From: Candidatus Eiseniibacteriota bacterium
GTDB lineage: Bacteria > Eisenbacteria > RBG-16-71-46 > CAIMUX01 > JAHJDP01
Direction of reading: 5' to 3'
DNA: 64,000 nucleotides
NCBI GenBank assembly: GCA_018831195.1
Contig: JAHJDP010000031.1
Span: 7,151-71,150 of the forward strand
How positions within the stretch are numbered: the stretch's first letter is position 1; every line of letters starts with the position of its first letter. A program made the position numbers and the translations under genes. The notes below the pieces were generated by a model. The model had not been told where the DNA came from. It made no database searches and saw nothing but the letters and a program-made list of their open reading frames with translations. This document shows positions 38,067-48,659 of the stretch, piece after piece.

Positions 38067-39245
38067 TTATTTCTCTGTAATATAAATATTTCCGTTTGTT
38101 GTGCGAATCTCCACGGGAATTTTCCCCCCGCGAATGTCTCCGGTTCCATATAAATACTTCTTCGGGCTGCCCTCCGATGTATCCCAATCCCGACTGCCTT
38201 CCGTTTCAATATCAAGTTCTGTGACGAATTGAAAATCCTGACTGCTGTTGCGTGTAAAGGCAATTCTGAGATCGAGGTCCATGGAAAAGCCTTTTGGAAC
38301 GACCAATCTAATATCGCCATACCCGGAAGCCAGTCTGACACCTTTCCCTTTTCCGTCACCCTCTCCGGTAATCGTGACGTCGATGTCCCCTGCCCCCGTA
38401 CCGGCCGTCACTGAACCGCCTTCCAACTCGATTTCAATATCACCGCCGCCCGTTTTGGCATGAACGAATTTCGCCGCATTCTCTATATGAATATCACCGC
38501 CACCGGTCGTGACATCGGCCCCTTCCGGCGCCTCATCGACATTAATTTCTCCTCCTGCGGTCAAAATCAAAATGGTTTCCGGATCATAATCGTCTGCCGA
38601 ACCCCCACCGGGCCCTCGTGAATGCCCGGTACGATCGCGCACATTGCGATATTGGACATTCCCACCGCCGGATGTGGCCTTCAGATCTCCAATAACATTT
38701 TCGACAAGCACCGGGCCGCCGCCCGTCGTGATTTTTCCGTCCATTTCGCAATCGATGACTTCGATTTCGCCGCCGCCGCTGGTCAAATGCGCCTCGCCTT
38801 TACATCTCTTTATTGAAATGCTCCCACCCGCAGTTCTCCCGGAAAAGCGTCCTTCAAGATTGATCAACTCCAATCCGCCGCCATTCGATCGGAATTCGAT
38901 ATCACACATCCTTGGGACTTTAACTCTGAAATGTAACGAACTCGTTTGACGATGCCTGCCCTTCACCCACTCGGCAACTACCTCGCAGCCATCTTGATCT
39001 TCTTCAATCGAAATGTTATGATCCTCCACATCGCCGCTATTGTCGTACCAGGCAATGCGGATCACTGATTTGTCCCAGCCCTCAGCGAGTACGGATCCGC
39101 CCTCATTTATATCGAGCCTGAGCAACTGACCCGGTTTAAAGACCAGCTCTTCCACCTTCTCGTCCTGCCCGGAGGCCATACCCGTTATAAACAAAAGGCT
39201 TATTGAAACCAGAGTAACCCAAAGATTTTCGCGAGCGGTAAGCAT
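38067..39245 (-). CDS. DUF4097-type repeat protein (GGG-motif beta-helix repeats)
   Basis: Strong RBS AAGGAGGG; signal peptide; repeated TSGGGEIEV / TTGGGPVLV / ATSGGGNVQY / KTGGGDIEI units. Confidence 0.75.
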   Translation of the reverse strand: MLTARENLWVTLVSISLLFITGMASGQDEKVEELVFKPGQLLRLDINEGGSVLAEGWDKSVIRIAWYDNSGDVEDHNISIEEDQDGCEVVAEWVKGRHRQTSSLHFRVKVPRMCDIEFRSNGGGLELINLEGRFSGRTAGGSISIKRCKGEAHLTSGGGEIEVIDCEMDGKITTGGGPVLVENVIGDLKATSGGGNVQYRNVRDRTGHSRGPGGGSADDYDPETILILTAGGEINVDEAPEGADVTTGGGDIHIENAAKFVHAKTGGGDIEIELEGGSVTAGTGAGDIDVTITGEGDGKGKGVRLASGYGDIRLVVPKGFSMDLDLRIAFTRNSSQDFQFVTELDIETEGSRDWDTSEGSPKKYLYGTGDIRGGKIPVEIRTTNGNIYITEK

Positions 39246-39355
39246 ATCAATCCCTCCTTATATGGGCGGGCCGCGAACCCGCCTCAGATTCACCATAAAC
39301 CACTAATACTGATTGGTTGAATATTACATATACAATTCAACACCGCACAGCCGGA

Positions 39356-39694
39356 TTACAAACCCTTGACGTGCTCAGCAGCATACTGCACGACAGCCGG
39401 ATTTCCTTCCTGATCGGAAGATCGGATCGCCTGCCAAATTGCATCCGCCTCGACCGCCTGGCTGGACAATGCCTCCAGCGCCTTCAATCGCAATTGAACC
39501 GCCGGATCATTCTTCAACGTTATAAGCAGCGCATCCTTAACGGTGGAGTCAAATGTTTGTTGCTCCAGAGCCGTCATCGCTTTTAAACGAACCACCTGAT
39601 TCGGATCATTGTGCAATGTATAAACTAGAGCTTCTTCAAGCCGCGGATCCCGTAATTGCGGGACCACCGCCATCGCTTTCAGCCGCCCTCCCAA
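39356..39694 (-). CDS. HEAT-repeat protein (small)
   Basis: Repeated ...VRLKAMTALEQ... / ...LRLKALEALSS... HEAT-like units. Confidence 0.5.
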   Translation of the reverse strand: MGGRLKAMAVVPQLRDPRLEEALVYTLHNDPNQVVRLKAMTALEQQTFDSTVKDALLITLKNDPAVQLRLKALEALSSQAVEADAIWQAIRSSDQEGNPAVVQYAAEHVKGL

Positions 39695-39705
39695 GGTGTG
39701 TGAAT

Positions 39706-40136
39706 CTAGGCTGCTAATTGTTCAAGACCTCGAAGGAAGGGGTCGCCGGCGCGTCCCCCCAAGCCCATGCTCCATCGCCCCATGAATATTGCAGCCACAA
39801 GCAGAACCATCACTCCGGCAGGAATTGCAAGCGGATGAATTCGCAGAAGATCCCGCAAATCCCTCCAGTATCCCCGGCCGCCGAAGGAACCGGCCGGCGG
39901 CCGCCGATTCAAAATTTCTTCCAATACGCGTCCCCGGACCGCATCACATACAGATGCCGTCGGTTCCGGAACCATAGCCTCTCCGGCCCCATCCAGATCC
40001 TCATGCCACTTGACCCGCTCCCGGCATTCACCGCATTGGCGGCAGTGTTCATTGAGTTTCTCCCGGTCGCTCACCTCAATCACGCCGGCAACAAGATCCT
40101 CAATCATCCTTTGGAAGAGTCCGCAATCCTTCATCT
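39706..40136 (-). CDS. Anti-sigma factor (zinc-finger type)
   Basis: HCRQCGECRE motif, TM helix; overlaps sigma stop. Confidence 0.7.
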
Positions 40137-40577
40137 CACAATCTCCCTCTGGGAAGCCAGACTGCGGCGCATTTTGTCCACGCCGCGAAAGAGCAGGTTC
40201 TTGGCGGTCCCTTCGCTGCATTCCAGAACAGCGGCGATCTCCCGGCTGGGGAGTCTTTCAAAATACCTCAATGTCACGGCAACCCGATGAACTTGACGAT
40301 CCCGCTGCCGCCGCCGGCTCCGCAACCAGTTGGCGCTGACACTGTGCGTCACACGCAGCAACCAGGAGCGGAATTCACCCTCGCCTCTGTAACTTCCCAG
40401 TTTTTCATAGGTTCGGATGAAGGCATCCTGCGTCAGATCCAGCGCGTCTTCCGGATTTCGGGCATAGGTGTAGACGAAGCGATAGACAAGCCTCTCGTAA
40501 CGCTGCATCAGAATGGCGAATGCGGCATGCGAACCCTTCAATGTTTCAAAAACAAGATCGTGATCGTCGAGTGGCAA
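40131..40577 (-). CDS. ECF RNA polymerase sigma factor
   Basis: Region 2 (EFRSWLLRVTHSVSANWLRSRRR) and region 4 (REIAAVLECSEGTAKNLLFRGVDKMRR); TTG start. Confidence 0.85.
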   Translation of the reverse strand: MPLDDHDLVFETLKGSHAAFAILMQRYERLVYRFVYTYARNPEDALDLTQDAFIRTYEKLGSYRGEGEFRSWLLRVTHSVSANWLRSRRRQRDRQVHRVAVTLRYFERLPSREIAAVLECSEGTAKNLLFRGVDKMRRSLASQREIVR

Positions 40578-40638
40578 GGCTCTCTCCTGCGTTCACTACT
40601 TAGCCTGCCGGCGCCTGCCGGTAATTCCTATATAGATA

Positions 40639-40664
40639 CAGACACCGGAACGGCGGATAGGTTA
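40639..40664 (-). promoter_or_regulatory. Candidate ECF-type promoter TAACC-N16-GTCTG upstream of second sigma gene (similar to 32352..32380)
   Basis: Seen on minus strand ~60 nt upstream of TTG start. Confidence 0.3.
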
Positions 40665-40730
40665 GCATCCACCGCTGATTTTTTACCAAAGTCTCCGGCC
40701 GAGGTGGCGGATATCCGGGATCCCAGATTC

Positions 40731-42017
40731 TCAGGGTCTTAGAGTCTCAATGATTTCAGTACTGACCCAATACAGATCATCATGCAGCGAATAGAACAGG
40801 TATTTCCCATCGGGTGTCACGGTCGCCTGGCCGACCAGTGGGGGGATATCATAGTGATCATGAAGATAGAGGGCATCGCCCCAAGAACCGTCGGCGTTCC
40901 TGAAACAAATGTATAGACCGTTTTTTCCGGGAATGTATCTATCAAATACCATATAGCTCTCGTCAGGTGCGATATAGGGATGCGCACTGGGTTCAGCACC
41001 CACGCCGCCACCGACTCTTTCAGGCTCTAAATACACTCCGCCTTCAAACTCGACTTTGCCGATACCGCCATCCTGTGGTCCGCCGGGCATTGTATAATAG
41101 ATGGATCCATCAAGGGCGGCGGTGGCATACATCCCCATGAATAGTTTTTCAGGATCCCGCCATCCATTGTCGACACGCTTGGCCCTGCATATTTGGCGCG
41201 GCTGCCGAATTGTAGGTCTTGCATTAAAGAGAATCGACTTCCCATCCGGCGCGACATTCGCTTCTTCGCATTCAAGGGTGTCGCCAAAAAGCTCGATCTT
41301 AGCGGGCGCGGTCCATCCATCCGCTTCCCACCGGCACATCATGGTGCCCTGGTTGGCGCGAGAGAAATAGATCTCCCTGCCATCAGGTGTAAATGTTATT
41401 GAATATTCATTGGAAGTAGAACAAATCAGGCCGTTGGCGAAGATCTTGGGTTCTAAATCCGGCGGATCTTCCCCCAGATACGGACCCTGGCGCCCGGTCT
41501 TTTCTCCCGGGGCATACCTTCCTTGTTCAGCAATCTGGACCCGGGACTTTTCTATCTGCTCATCGATGTTCTCAAGGATCCATGCCGGAAGTGGAAACTC
41601 GCCATTCAATTCGGCCGCTCGGCGAAGATAACTCTCTGCCGCCTCCTTATCGCCGGTCACTACATAGAGACAGCCCAAATCCATTAGAGGCCAGGGAGAT
41701 TCAGGGTAAAGTTCCTCAAGCAGTTTTGTTAGGGCGATGCTTTCCTCATATTGCCAATTTTGCGCCATCCCCCGGGCGCAATAAATCAACTCGCGGCCGT
41801 CAATAGCATAGAGATCCGAGGAATCGGCCGTCATTTCATGGAATTTTGTGACTGCAGCTTCGAGCCCCTGGTCCGCCAATATTCTCTCAAAGATTACCGC
41901 CGCTGATTCTCCCTGCTGTTCCTCCTGCGAGAACACGACACTCGCGGAAAAAACCAGAGACAACAGAGACACAACCACCCAAAATATTGGGCTGTGAGTT
42001 TCGATAAATTTCTTCAT
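40731..42017 (-). CDS. Secreted TPR-like plus TolB-like (PD40) beta-propeller protein
   Basis: RBS GGAGGGA; signal peptide; N-terminal helical repeats, C-terminal repeats with DG(S/K) WD40-like propeller motifs (TPDGREIYF, APDGKSILF, TPDGKYLFY). Confidence 0.65.
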   Translation of the reverse strand: MKKFIETHSPIFWVVVSLLSLVFSASVVFSQEEQQGESAAVIFERILADQGLEAAVTKFHEMTADSSDLYAIDGRELIYCARGMAQNWQYEESIALTKLLEELYPESPWPLMDLGCLYVVTGDKEAAESYLRRAAELNGEFPLPAWILENIDEQIEKSRVQIAEQGRYAPGEKTGRQGPYLGEDPPDLEPKIFANGLICSTSNEYSITFTPDGREIYFSRANQGTMMCRWEADGWTAPAKIELFGDTLECEEANVAPDGKSILFNARPTIRQPRQICRAKRVDNGWRDPEKLFMGMYATAALDGSIYYTMPGGPQDGGIGKVEFEGGVYLEPERVGGGVGAEPSAHPYIAPDESYMVFDRYIPGKNGLYICFRNADGSWGDALYLHDHYDIPPLVGQATVTPDGKYLFYSLHDDLYWVSTEIIETLRP

Positions 42018-42128
42018 AATGTCCCTCCGCAGAATGGACTCACCGGATAGATATAACCAAGAAATTCCAACAGACTCAAGAAAATAGGAGGGTCGGCAAC
42101 CGGCAGGTCGGTAGGTGAAGAACCGGAA

Positions 42129-44522
42129 TCAGGCCGCTTTTCGTTTGCAGACGAAACGTTCAATCACTGTTCTAAGATCATGAATGTTTATCGGTTTTGG
42201 AAGATAGTCATCCATGTCGGCGGCGATGCAGCGATCCCGATCCTCCTTGAATGCGTGTGCCGTCAGTGCAATGATTGGGATTCTCAGATCTGTGATCGAT
42301 TCGAGGGCCCGAATCTCGGCCGTCATCTCAAACCCATCCATTTCCGGCATTTGAATATCAGCTAGGATGATATCGAAAGCATGTCTTCGGAAAATGGCCA
42401 ATCCCTCGCGACCATTAGACGCGATCATGACCTCGCAACCCAATTTGCGCAAGAGGGCCCGTGCAAATATCTGATTCACCTTGTTGTCCTCGACAAGAAG
42501 GACACGCGTTCCGGCAAGAAGGCCGATCACGGGCATGTCCTGATCGACATCAGCCGATAATGCCGATATCTCATCGATTGAAGATATCGCATCCTTGCCG
42601 GCCAAAAGAGCCATAAGGGGAATCGGTTTCACAGGTAGCACCAAGGTTTCATATCCACCCTCAGCATCAATGTTAATTCCACTTGGTGTTTCCCCGAGAG
42701 GGATCATGACACACAGTCTGGATTGCTTTTGTTCATGAATTTCAGTCAATAGATCATTGATTGGCGATGTGCCCGATTGATCAAGATCGCCATTATAAAT
42801 AATGCAATAGTAATAACCGGGACGTTTCTTGGCGGCGGATAAAAATTCCATGAATTCCCCCGCTGTTTCCGCTTGATCAACGGCAAAACCAAGATGACCC
42901 AACTGCCGGGACAACGCCATGCATGTCACCGGCCTGTGGCTCGCCAGAAGGATCCTCCGCCCCTCTCCCTTGGTCCAAGAAAGATCCAGCGCCCGATCCT
43001 CAAAGATCGATTCCTCAATTGGGAGATGAATCGTAAAGTAGAAACGACTCCCTTTCCCCGGCGCGCTGTCAACTTTCAGCTGCCCGCCCATCAACTCAAC
43101 CAACCGGCTCGAAATGGCAAGTCCGAGTCCTGTGCCTCCATAACGGCGCGTTGTCGATGAATCGGCCTGTGCAAATGCCGCGAACACACGATCCTGTGCA
43201 TCGTTGTCGATACCGATCCCCGTATCAATGACGCTGAATGTCAAAGGAACCATTTCGGGAGATACCGATCCATTGAGCGCGGCCGGCGCCAGCTCAACGG
43301 CTATCTGTATGGATCCGGTCTCCGTGAATTTCAAAGAATTGCCGATCAGATTGACCAAAACCTGTCGCAGCCGGCCGGGATCGCACGACACATATCTTGG
43401 CACCCTTGGATCCATGTAGCATATATATTCTAAATCCTGCTGTGCTATTTGAACACTGAAGGTGCTGACAATCGTTTCAACCGTCGCATATAGATCCACC
43501 GGTATCGCTTCAAGCTGAAGCCGGCCTGCTTCGACTTTTGAGAAATCGAGAATGTCATTAATGATACTAAGAAGAGCATTGGCGCTGCTTTTTACAATGC
43601 CCAAGAAATTTTGCTGCTCCTCATCCAATCGAGTCGCCAGAGTAAGATCCGTCATGCCGATAATGCCGTTCATCGGAGTTCTGATTTCATGGGACATATT
43701 CGCCAGGAATTGGCTTTTGGCGCTATTTGCTCTTTCAGCGGCATCCTTTGCCTCCACCAAAGCCTGTGTTCGCTCTTCTACCTTCGCTTCGAGGTTCTTA
43801 CTGTAGTCCTCGATTTCCTTTCTCGAATAGCGCAAGCTCTGGGTCATGGCATTGAATACGTTGGCCAACCGGCCCAATTCATCCGTCCCTCTCACGGATA
43901 CAGAGACATCGAGGTTGCCCCGGGACATTTCCTCGGCGGCCTTGGCCAATGCTTCAACAGGTCGTGTGATCCGGCGGGAAATGAGAATACCAACGAGCAA
44001 ACCGATCACGGCGACAGCCAGACTCACTAACAATGTCCAGAATTGGTTCCGCCGGATCTCGGCCTTTCCTTCCGCCCTCGATAAACCGAGAACCAGGGTT
44101 CCGTAGCGCCCACTCGATGTCTTTATCGGGGACAGCACCAATAGCCGATCTTCTTCAAACAGGACCCGTGTCCCCTCTGTGCTTGACCAGTCTTCGATAA
44201 CAGATTGTTCCGGCAACGGTGTTTGCGTTAACGAGTTCCCGAATGCATCGAGAACTTGGACAAAAACAATTTCCGGATCCCGCACAAGGCTGGCGATCGC
44301 CTCATTAAGAGAACGTCTATCCTCAAACTCGAGAGGGGCGCTGAGGTTATAGGCCAGCATCTCTGTAATACCGACCCCCTTCGATACCAGCGCGGCGCCG
44401 GCAAGCCGCTCCAGTCGCGGCGGGAAGAAGACGGCAATGGATATCGCGCCCACAAGCGAGACGGCGACGAGGGCCAGAATGACCCGGGCGCGAATTGAAA
44501 GTTGTGGAAGCCGTCTACTCAT
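42129..44522 (-). CDS. Hybrid sensor histidine kinase/response regulator (TM-HAMP-HisKA-HATPase-REC-REC)
   Basis: H-box [18 protein letters not shown]1/G2 boxes, two receiver domains with conserved Asp ([12 protein letters not shown]). Confidence 0.9.
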   Translation of the reverse strand: MSRRLPQLSIRARVILALVAVSLVGAISIAVFFPPRLERLAGAALVSKGVGITEMLAYNLSAPLEFEDRRSLNEAIASLVRDPEIVFVQVLDAFGNSLTQTPLPEQSVIEDWSSTEGTRVLFEEDRLLVLSPIKTSSGRYGTLVLGLSRAEGKAEIRRNQFWTLLVSLAVAVIGLLVGILISRRITRPVEALAKAAEEMSRGNLDVSVSVRGTDELGRLANVFNAMTQSLRYSRKEIEDYSKNLEAKVEERTQALVEAKDAAERANSAKSQFLANMSHEIRTPMNGIIGMTDLTLATRLDEEQQNFLGIVKSSANALLSIINDILDFSKVEAGRLQLEAIPVDLYATVETIVSTFSVQIAQQDLEYICYMDPRVPRYVSCDPGRLRQVLVNLIGNSLKFTETGSIQIAVELAPAALNGSVSPEMVPLTFSVIDTGIGIDNDAQDRVFAAFAQADSSTTRRYGGTGLGLAISSRLVELMGGQLKVDSAPGKGSRFYFTIHLPIEESIFEDRALDLSWTKGEGRRILLASHRPVTCMALSRQLGHLGFAVDQAETAGEFMEFLSAAKKRPGYYYCIIYNGDLDQSGTSPINDLLTEIHEQKQSRLCVMIPLGETPSGINIDAEGGYETLVLPVKPIPLMALLAGKDAISSIDEISALSADVDQDMPVIGLLAGTRVLLVEDNKVNQIFARALLRKLGCEVMIASNGREGLAIFRRHAFDIILADIQMPEMDGFEMTAEIRALESITDLRIPIIALTAHAFKEDRDRCIAADMDDYLPKPINIHDLRTVIERFVCKRKAA

Positions 44523-44527
44523 CACTC

Positions 44528-45136
44528 TTATTCCCGATGGCTCTGAATTTTTTTACAAATTCGAAGAACCTGAGATTCGAGATCGTGGCCTTCAGCGCGC
44601 ACCGCATCGAGATTGACCATGATCCGGGGATGATCCTCCTCGAGACCCACTCCGACGCCGAGACCGCCGGAAACATAGTCGACCACACCCGTCAGACTTA
44701 AAATATTCAATTCTCTTGTTAATGCCGTGATCTGGCTCAGCCTGCCTTTATGCGCCCGGGTGACATAGAGAATGTCAACCTCGGCCGAGCGCAAACCCTC
44801 GTCGATCGATTCCTTCCTGTCCCAGGGAATGGGCACCACTTCAAAGGTTTTGCCCTTGATCGTCTTTTCCGCCATTGAGGAGAGCACCTCCATGAGGGCC
44901 TCCATATTTTGTTCCGAAGCTCCATCGCCCCGCCGGTATAATACACCCACACGCAGGAACTCCGACGATTTCTCCATCAATGTTCGATCATAGGTTAGAA
45001 GTTTGAAGAGGATTGGAACTTGAAGATTTTCCGGAATCTCTTGTTCTTCTGAAGCAATGACGGATCCTCCCGCAAGCATCAAGAGCGCGGCCAAGATCAG
45101 ACAAATCCAACGCCCTTTTGCTGTGTCAAAAGTCAA
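44528..45136 (-). CDS. Periplasmic DUF4154/YfiR-like protein
   Basis: Probable TTG start just after TBDR stop giving signal peptide [28 protein letters not shown]; ...[10 protein letters not shown]...[19 protein letters not shown] pattern resembles YfiR family; positioned directly upstream of sensor kinase. Confidence 0.45.
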   Translation of the reverse strand: MTFDTAKGRWICLILAALLMLAGGSVIASEEQEIPENLQVPILFKLLTYDRTLMEKSSEFLRVGVLYRRGDGASEQNMEALMEVLSSMAEKTIKGKTFEVVPIPWDRKESIDEGLRSAEVDILYVTRAHKGRLSQITALTRELNILSLTGVVDYVSGGLGVGVGLEEDHPRIMVNLDAVRAEGHDLESQVLRICKKIQSHRE

Positions 45137-45140
45137 GTTT

Positions 45141-47120
45141 CTAGAACTCCACACATAGACTTGTATAGATTCTCCGTCTAAATTCAATCGTCCAGGGATG
45201 ATCTCTGTATCTTCGATCCAAAATATTATCAACACCGACTATGGCCTGAACACCTCGACTCCGGGGCCTGATCCGCCAGCGGGCGTCCATAACAAAATAT
45301 TCATCCCCCGGCCCTTCCGTCTCCATGGTGTTGAAATTTGTCAGATCCCACTCCGTCGCTGATCGGTAGCGGCCCATCAAGCTGATGGAGTGAATTGCGT
45401 GAGGCATCAATATAAGTTCGCCGACCAATGTATGACGCGGGGTGCTTATCTTCCGGTCGCCGGTATCCTTATCCTCAGCCCAGATATAGGAATATCCAAA
45501 TCGTGTTTTCATCCATTCGGTAATAAGGGCGTCAAGGCTGGTTTCCACACCGGCAATATCCCAGCCGCCCTTGTTTGTGAATCCAAATTCAGAAGGGATT
45601 CCCTCTGGAAAGGGTGGAGCGGGAAAATATGCCAGTGAGCTCAGCTGAACGACTTCCCTGATCCGATTGCGATACAATGCCACTGATCCAAGGACATTTT
45701 TTGTGAGAAGACCTTGATATCCAAGCTCGAGAGAACGAATTTCTTCGGAATTGAGCGCCTCATTCCCATGAACCAGGATATTCACTGTTGGAATCAATTC
45801 TATCTCGGCACGCCCATAACTCTCAAGGAATGTTGGATCCCGATAGGCTTCACCATATGTCAGGCGCAAAGCATGGTTTTCATGTGGTTTGTAGACAATT
45901 CCCCCGCGTGGTGCGATATGTTCTCCGACCAGTGGATGGTCATCATAGCGGACTCCAAGGGAAAAGAGGAGATTTCCGCGAGGCCGCCATTCATCATAAA
46001 GAAAGGCTGAATGGAGATTCTGCTCTTCTGAATTTTGAAACAATGTCCATTTTACCTCCTTGCGACGGAAGTTGCCTCCCCAGAGCACGAAGTTGCTGGG
46101 TTCAACAGAAAATGAATGCTGAAATTCAACATCATGGATTCCGTTATCCAAAGTCCCAATATCGTTGATGGAAATAAGATCCAAGAAATTGCCATCCAGA
46201 TGCCACTCGGTCCAGAAGTACCGCAAGCTTACATTCTTCCATCTTAAATCCGCACCGGCGAGTTGGTATTGTCCATCCATATTGATAATTGTACTACCGG
46301 TACTCATGTTCATGAAGCCATTGCTGTTTCCTGTAAAGAGAGATATTGACGCCTCGTCATTGAGTCGATAGATTGCTTCGCCGTTGAATCGGGACATCTC
46401 TTCTTCTTGATATTCAGTTTCCCAATTTTGAGTCGTTTCCCAACCACCGCTTAGTTTCCAACTCAATGGGCCGTAACTGTTCCCGTGAACGAACGAACTC
46501 AACTCCTCGCCGACATGCGATGCCTTTACATTCAAGATGGTGGCGTCATTCTCGCCTGGCTTGTAAGTGATGATGTTGATCACTCCAGCAAAAGCGTTGG
46601 CGCCGTAGAGGGCTGATCCGGGTCCCTTTATAATCTCGATACTCCTAATTTCCTCCAACGAAACCGGCAGGAACTCCCAAAGTGTCATGCCATAGAAATC
46701 CGCATAGACGGACCGGCCGTCGATCATGACCAACATGTTGTTGGATGGAATCGTATTGAGACCGCGAGCGCTGACATCGAAGCATGAAGCCGTATTGGTA
46801 ATGACTTCAAGCCCTGGTGTACTGAGCAGGAGTTCGGGTATGCTGCGGGCACCGGAGGCGGCGATTTGCTCGGCGGTTATGATAGAGACCGAGACCGGCG
46901 ATTCGCTGCTCTTCTGAGCATATTTTGAGGCGGTTATGACCGTGCTATTTAGCAGGGCATCTAGATCAAGCTCACTGAAATCATCAAACTCGGAATGAGG
47001 TTCTCCGGCCCAAAGGGGTTCAGTCCCGACTCCCAGGGCGCTGATAAGGATGGTCAAAAGAAATCCGCCGATGACCCCAAAGCTTCTGATACTCAAGGTG
47101 CCTTCCTTTTTCTTGATCAT
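45141..47120 (-). CDS. TonB-dependent outer-membrane receptor (BtuB-like candidate)
   Basis: Signal peptide, TonB box STVITAS, plug domain, 22-strand barrel, C-terminal ...SLCVEF terminal Phe. Confidence 0.9.
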   Translation of the reverse strand: MIKKKEGTLSIRSFGVIGGFLLTILISALGVGTEPLWAGEPHSEFDDFSELDLDALLNSTVITASKYAQKSSESPVSVSIITAEQIAASGARSIPELLLSTPGLEVITNTASCFDVSARGLNTIPSNNMLVMIDGRSVYADFYGMTLWEFLPVSLEEIRSIEIIKGPGSALYGANAFAGVINIITYKPGENDATILNVKASHVGEELSSFVHGNSYGPLSWKLSGGWETTQNWETEYQEEEMSRFNGEAIYRLNDEASISLFTGNSNGFMNMSTGSTIINMDGQYQLAGADLRWKNVSLRYFWTEWHLDGNFLDLISINDIGTLDNGIHDVEFQHSFSVEPSNFVLWGGNFRRKEVKWTLFQNSEEQNLHSAFLYDEWRPRGNLLFSLGVRYDDHPLVGEHIAPRGGIVYKPHENHALRLTYGEAYRDPTFLESYGRAEIELIPTVNILVHGNEALNSEEIRSLELGYQGLLTKNVLGSVALYRNRIREVVQLSSLAYFPAPPFPEGIPSEFGFTNKGGWDIAGVETSLDALITEWMKTRFGYSYIWAEDKDTGDRKISTPRHTLVGELILMPHAIHSISLMGRYRSATEWDLTNFNTMETEGPGDEYFVMDARWRIRPRSRGVQAIVGVDNILDRRYRDHPWTIEFRRRIYTSLCVEF

Positions 47121-47288
47121 CCGAAGACCTAAAATCCTAAGATTCTGGACCAGAAAAATTACATCGTAAATATCGGAAATATATAGGGATATATTGAGGA
47201 ATCATCCTTCGGAATCTGCAGAAAGCCCGGAGAATCTCTGTGGAGGCTCCCCGGGCTTCCAGGTCGGGTGGATTCATGTAACGTCTTG

Positions 47289-48641
47289 CTAGTTCTCCGG
47301 ATAGAAAGGCGCCCAGTCGGGAGCTCCATATCCATGAGCAACGCCGTTGGCGCTGACCTGGGTCGATGACACCACGCTGACCGAAGAACCCGCCGCATTC
47401 AGAACGGCAATAAAAAGCGGGCTTTCGCCAGCGTATCGGCGGTCGAAGGCGATGGCCATCGAGGCCGGTGACGCTGTCAAATCCTCAGGCCAGTAGGGCT
47501 GCGTCCCCAAACCCGCCAAAATATCGGTCGTTGCTAACGAAGAAAGATGAATCGCCTTGATGGCATCGGATTGATGAATAAAGAGAAACTCCCCGTCGTG
47601 AGACCATCCGGCATCACGATAATGGGCGGTCGAAACAAAAACATAGACGACCTCTTTGCCGCTGCCATCGGCATTCATCGTAACCCAAACATTATGCGGG
47701 GGTGAACCCGCGTCAATATTCGTCGCCACCGCATAGTAGGCGATCTTGGTGCCATCCGGCGACCAGATCGGATTGTGTTCGCCGTCGGTACACTTAATAT
47801 GTGTACCATCCGACTCCTGTAGAATTTCATCGAGGAATGAAATTTGCGTCAGGCCTGTGCCGGTCTCATTCATTGTATAAATATGGGCAAAGGTTGTTCC
47901 ATCGTTCAGGTCGATGGCCGAGAGAACAAGTTTTTCCTCGATCGGCGATCCATCGAGATCTCTAACATCAAGATTATTATGATTTGTCAGAGTTGTGAGG
48001 TTGGTTCCATCAAAGGTATCGCATCCCCAAACGGCGCTCGCACCGGAAGCACTCACCCGGCTCAAGAAATAGACACGCCGGCTTCCATAGCCAAATGTGA
48101 AATCTGTCGGCAAGTAATCAAGATCCGGCGTCACGGTGACCGAATCCACCCCAGTGGTCGGTATGATAACGACATAAGAATCATTACCAGACTCGGCAAC
48201 AATCAGTGTTCTCATTCCGGTCGTTGTATCCACCGCGACATTGGACAATCCAGACCAGTTGGGAACCTCATCGGCTGTCTTCATTGCAAAGAAATATTCC
48301 GTACCGGGCTCGAGCCCATCAACGGTCATCCCCTGAGCTGATGGGGCCGCCTGTGGGCCGGGCTCTCCCGTCACAGGAATCGCCTGGCTCCAGTTGCCGG
48401 CGGTGATTGTAGCCGTAGAATATCGAATATCATAAGCCGTGGCTGTTCCCGTAACGCCATCGTCGCCGGGTGAAGTCCAATCCAATTGAATCGATGTGTC
48501 GGTCGGATCCGATGCCGCCAGATCCGATACCTCCGCAGGCGGGGTCACATCACCTGGATCGGTTGTTCCGCCGTCGTCATTGCAGGCGGCGGCAAAAAGG
48601 GTTAAAAGAAACGAACAGAAGAGAAGGTAGAAAATCTTCAA
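47289..48641 (-). CDS. Surface lipoprotein with fibronectin type III domain and beta-propeller (PD40) repeats
   Basis: Strong RBS AAGGAGG; lipobox LFAAAC; FN3 (SIQLDWTSPGDDG...AYDIRYS); WSPDGTKIAY propeller repeats. Confidence 0.7.
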   Translation of the reverse strand: MKIFYLLFCSFLLTLFAAACNDDGGTTDPGDVTPPAEVSDLAASDPTDTSIQLDWTSPGDDGVTGTATAYDIRYSTATITAGNWSQAIPVTGEPGPQAAPSAQGMTVDGLEPGTEYFFAMKTADEVPNWSGLSNVAVDTTTGMRTLIVAESGNDSYVVIIPTTGVDSVTVTPDLDYLPTDFTFGYGSRRVYFLSRVSASGASAVWGCDTFDGTNLTTLTNHNNLDVRDLDGSPIEEKLVLSAIDLNDGTTFAHIYTMNETGTGLTQISFLDEILQESDGTHIKCTDGEHNPIWSPDGTKIAYYAVATNIDAGSPPHNVWVTMNADGSGKEVVYVFVSTAHYRDAGWSHDGEFLFIHQSDAIKAIHLSSLATTDILAGLGTQPYWPEDLTASPASMAIAFDRRYAGESPLFIAVLNAAGSSVSVVSSTQVSANGVAHGYGAPDWAPFYPEN

Positions 48642-48659
48642 GGTAAGACCTCCTTATTT

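Noticed and set aside
45141-45235. DUF4154-like gene starting at 45235 with a 95-nt overlap into the TBDR gene
   Set aside because: A TTG at ~45136 just after the TBDR stop yields a canonical signal peptide. The long overlap is unlikely.
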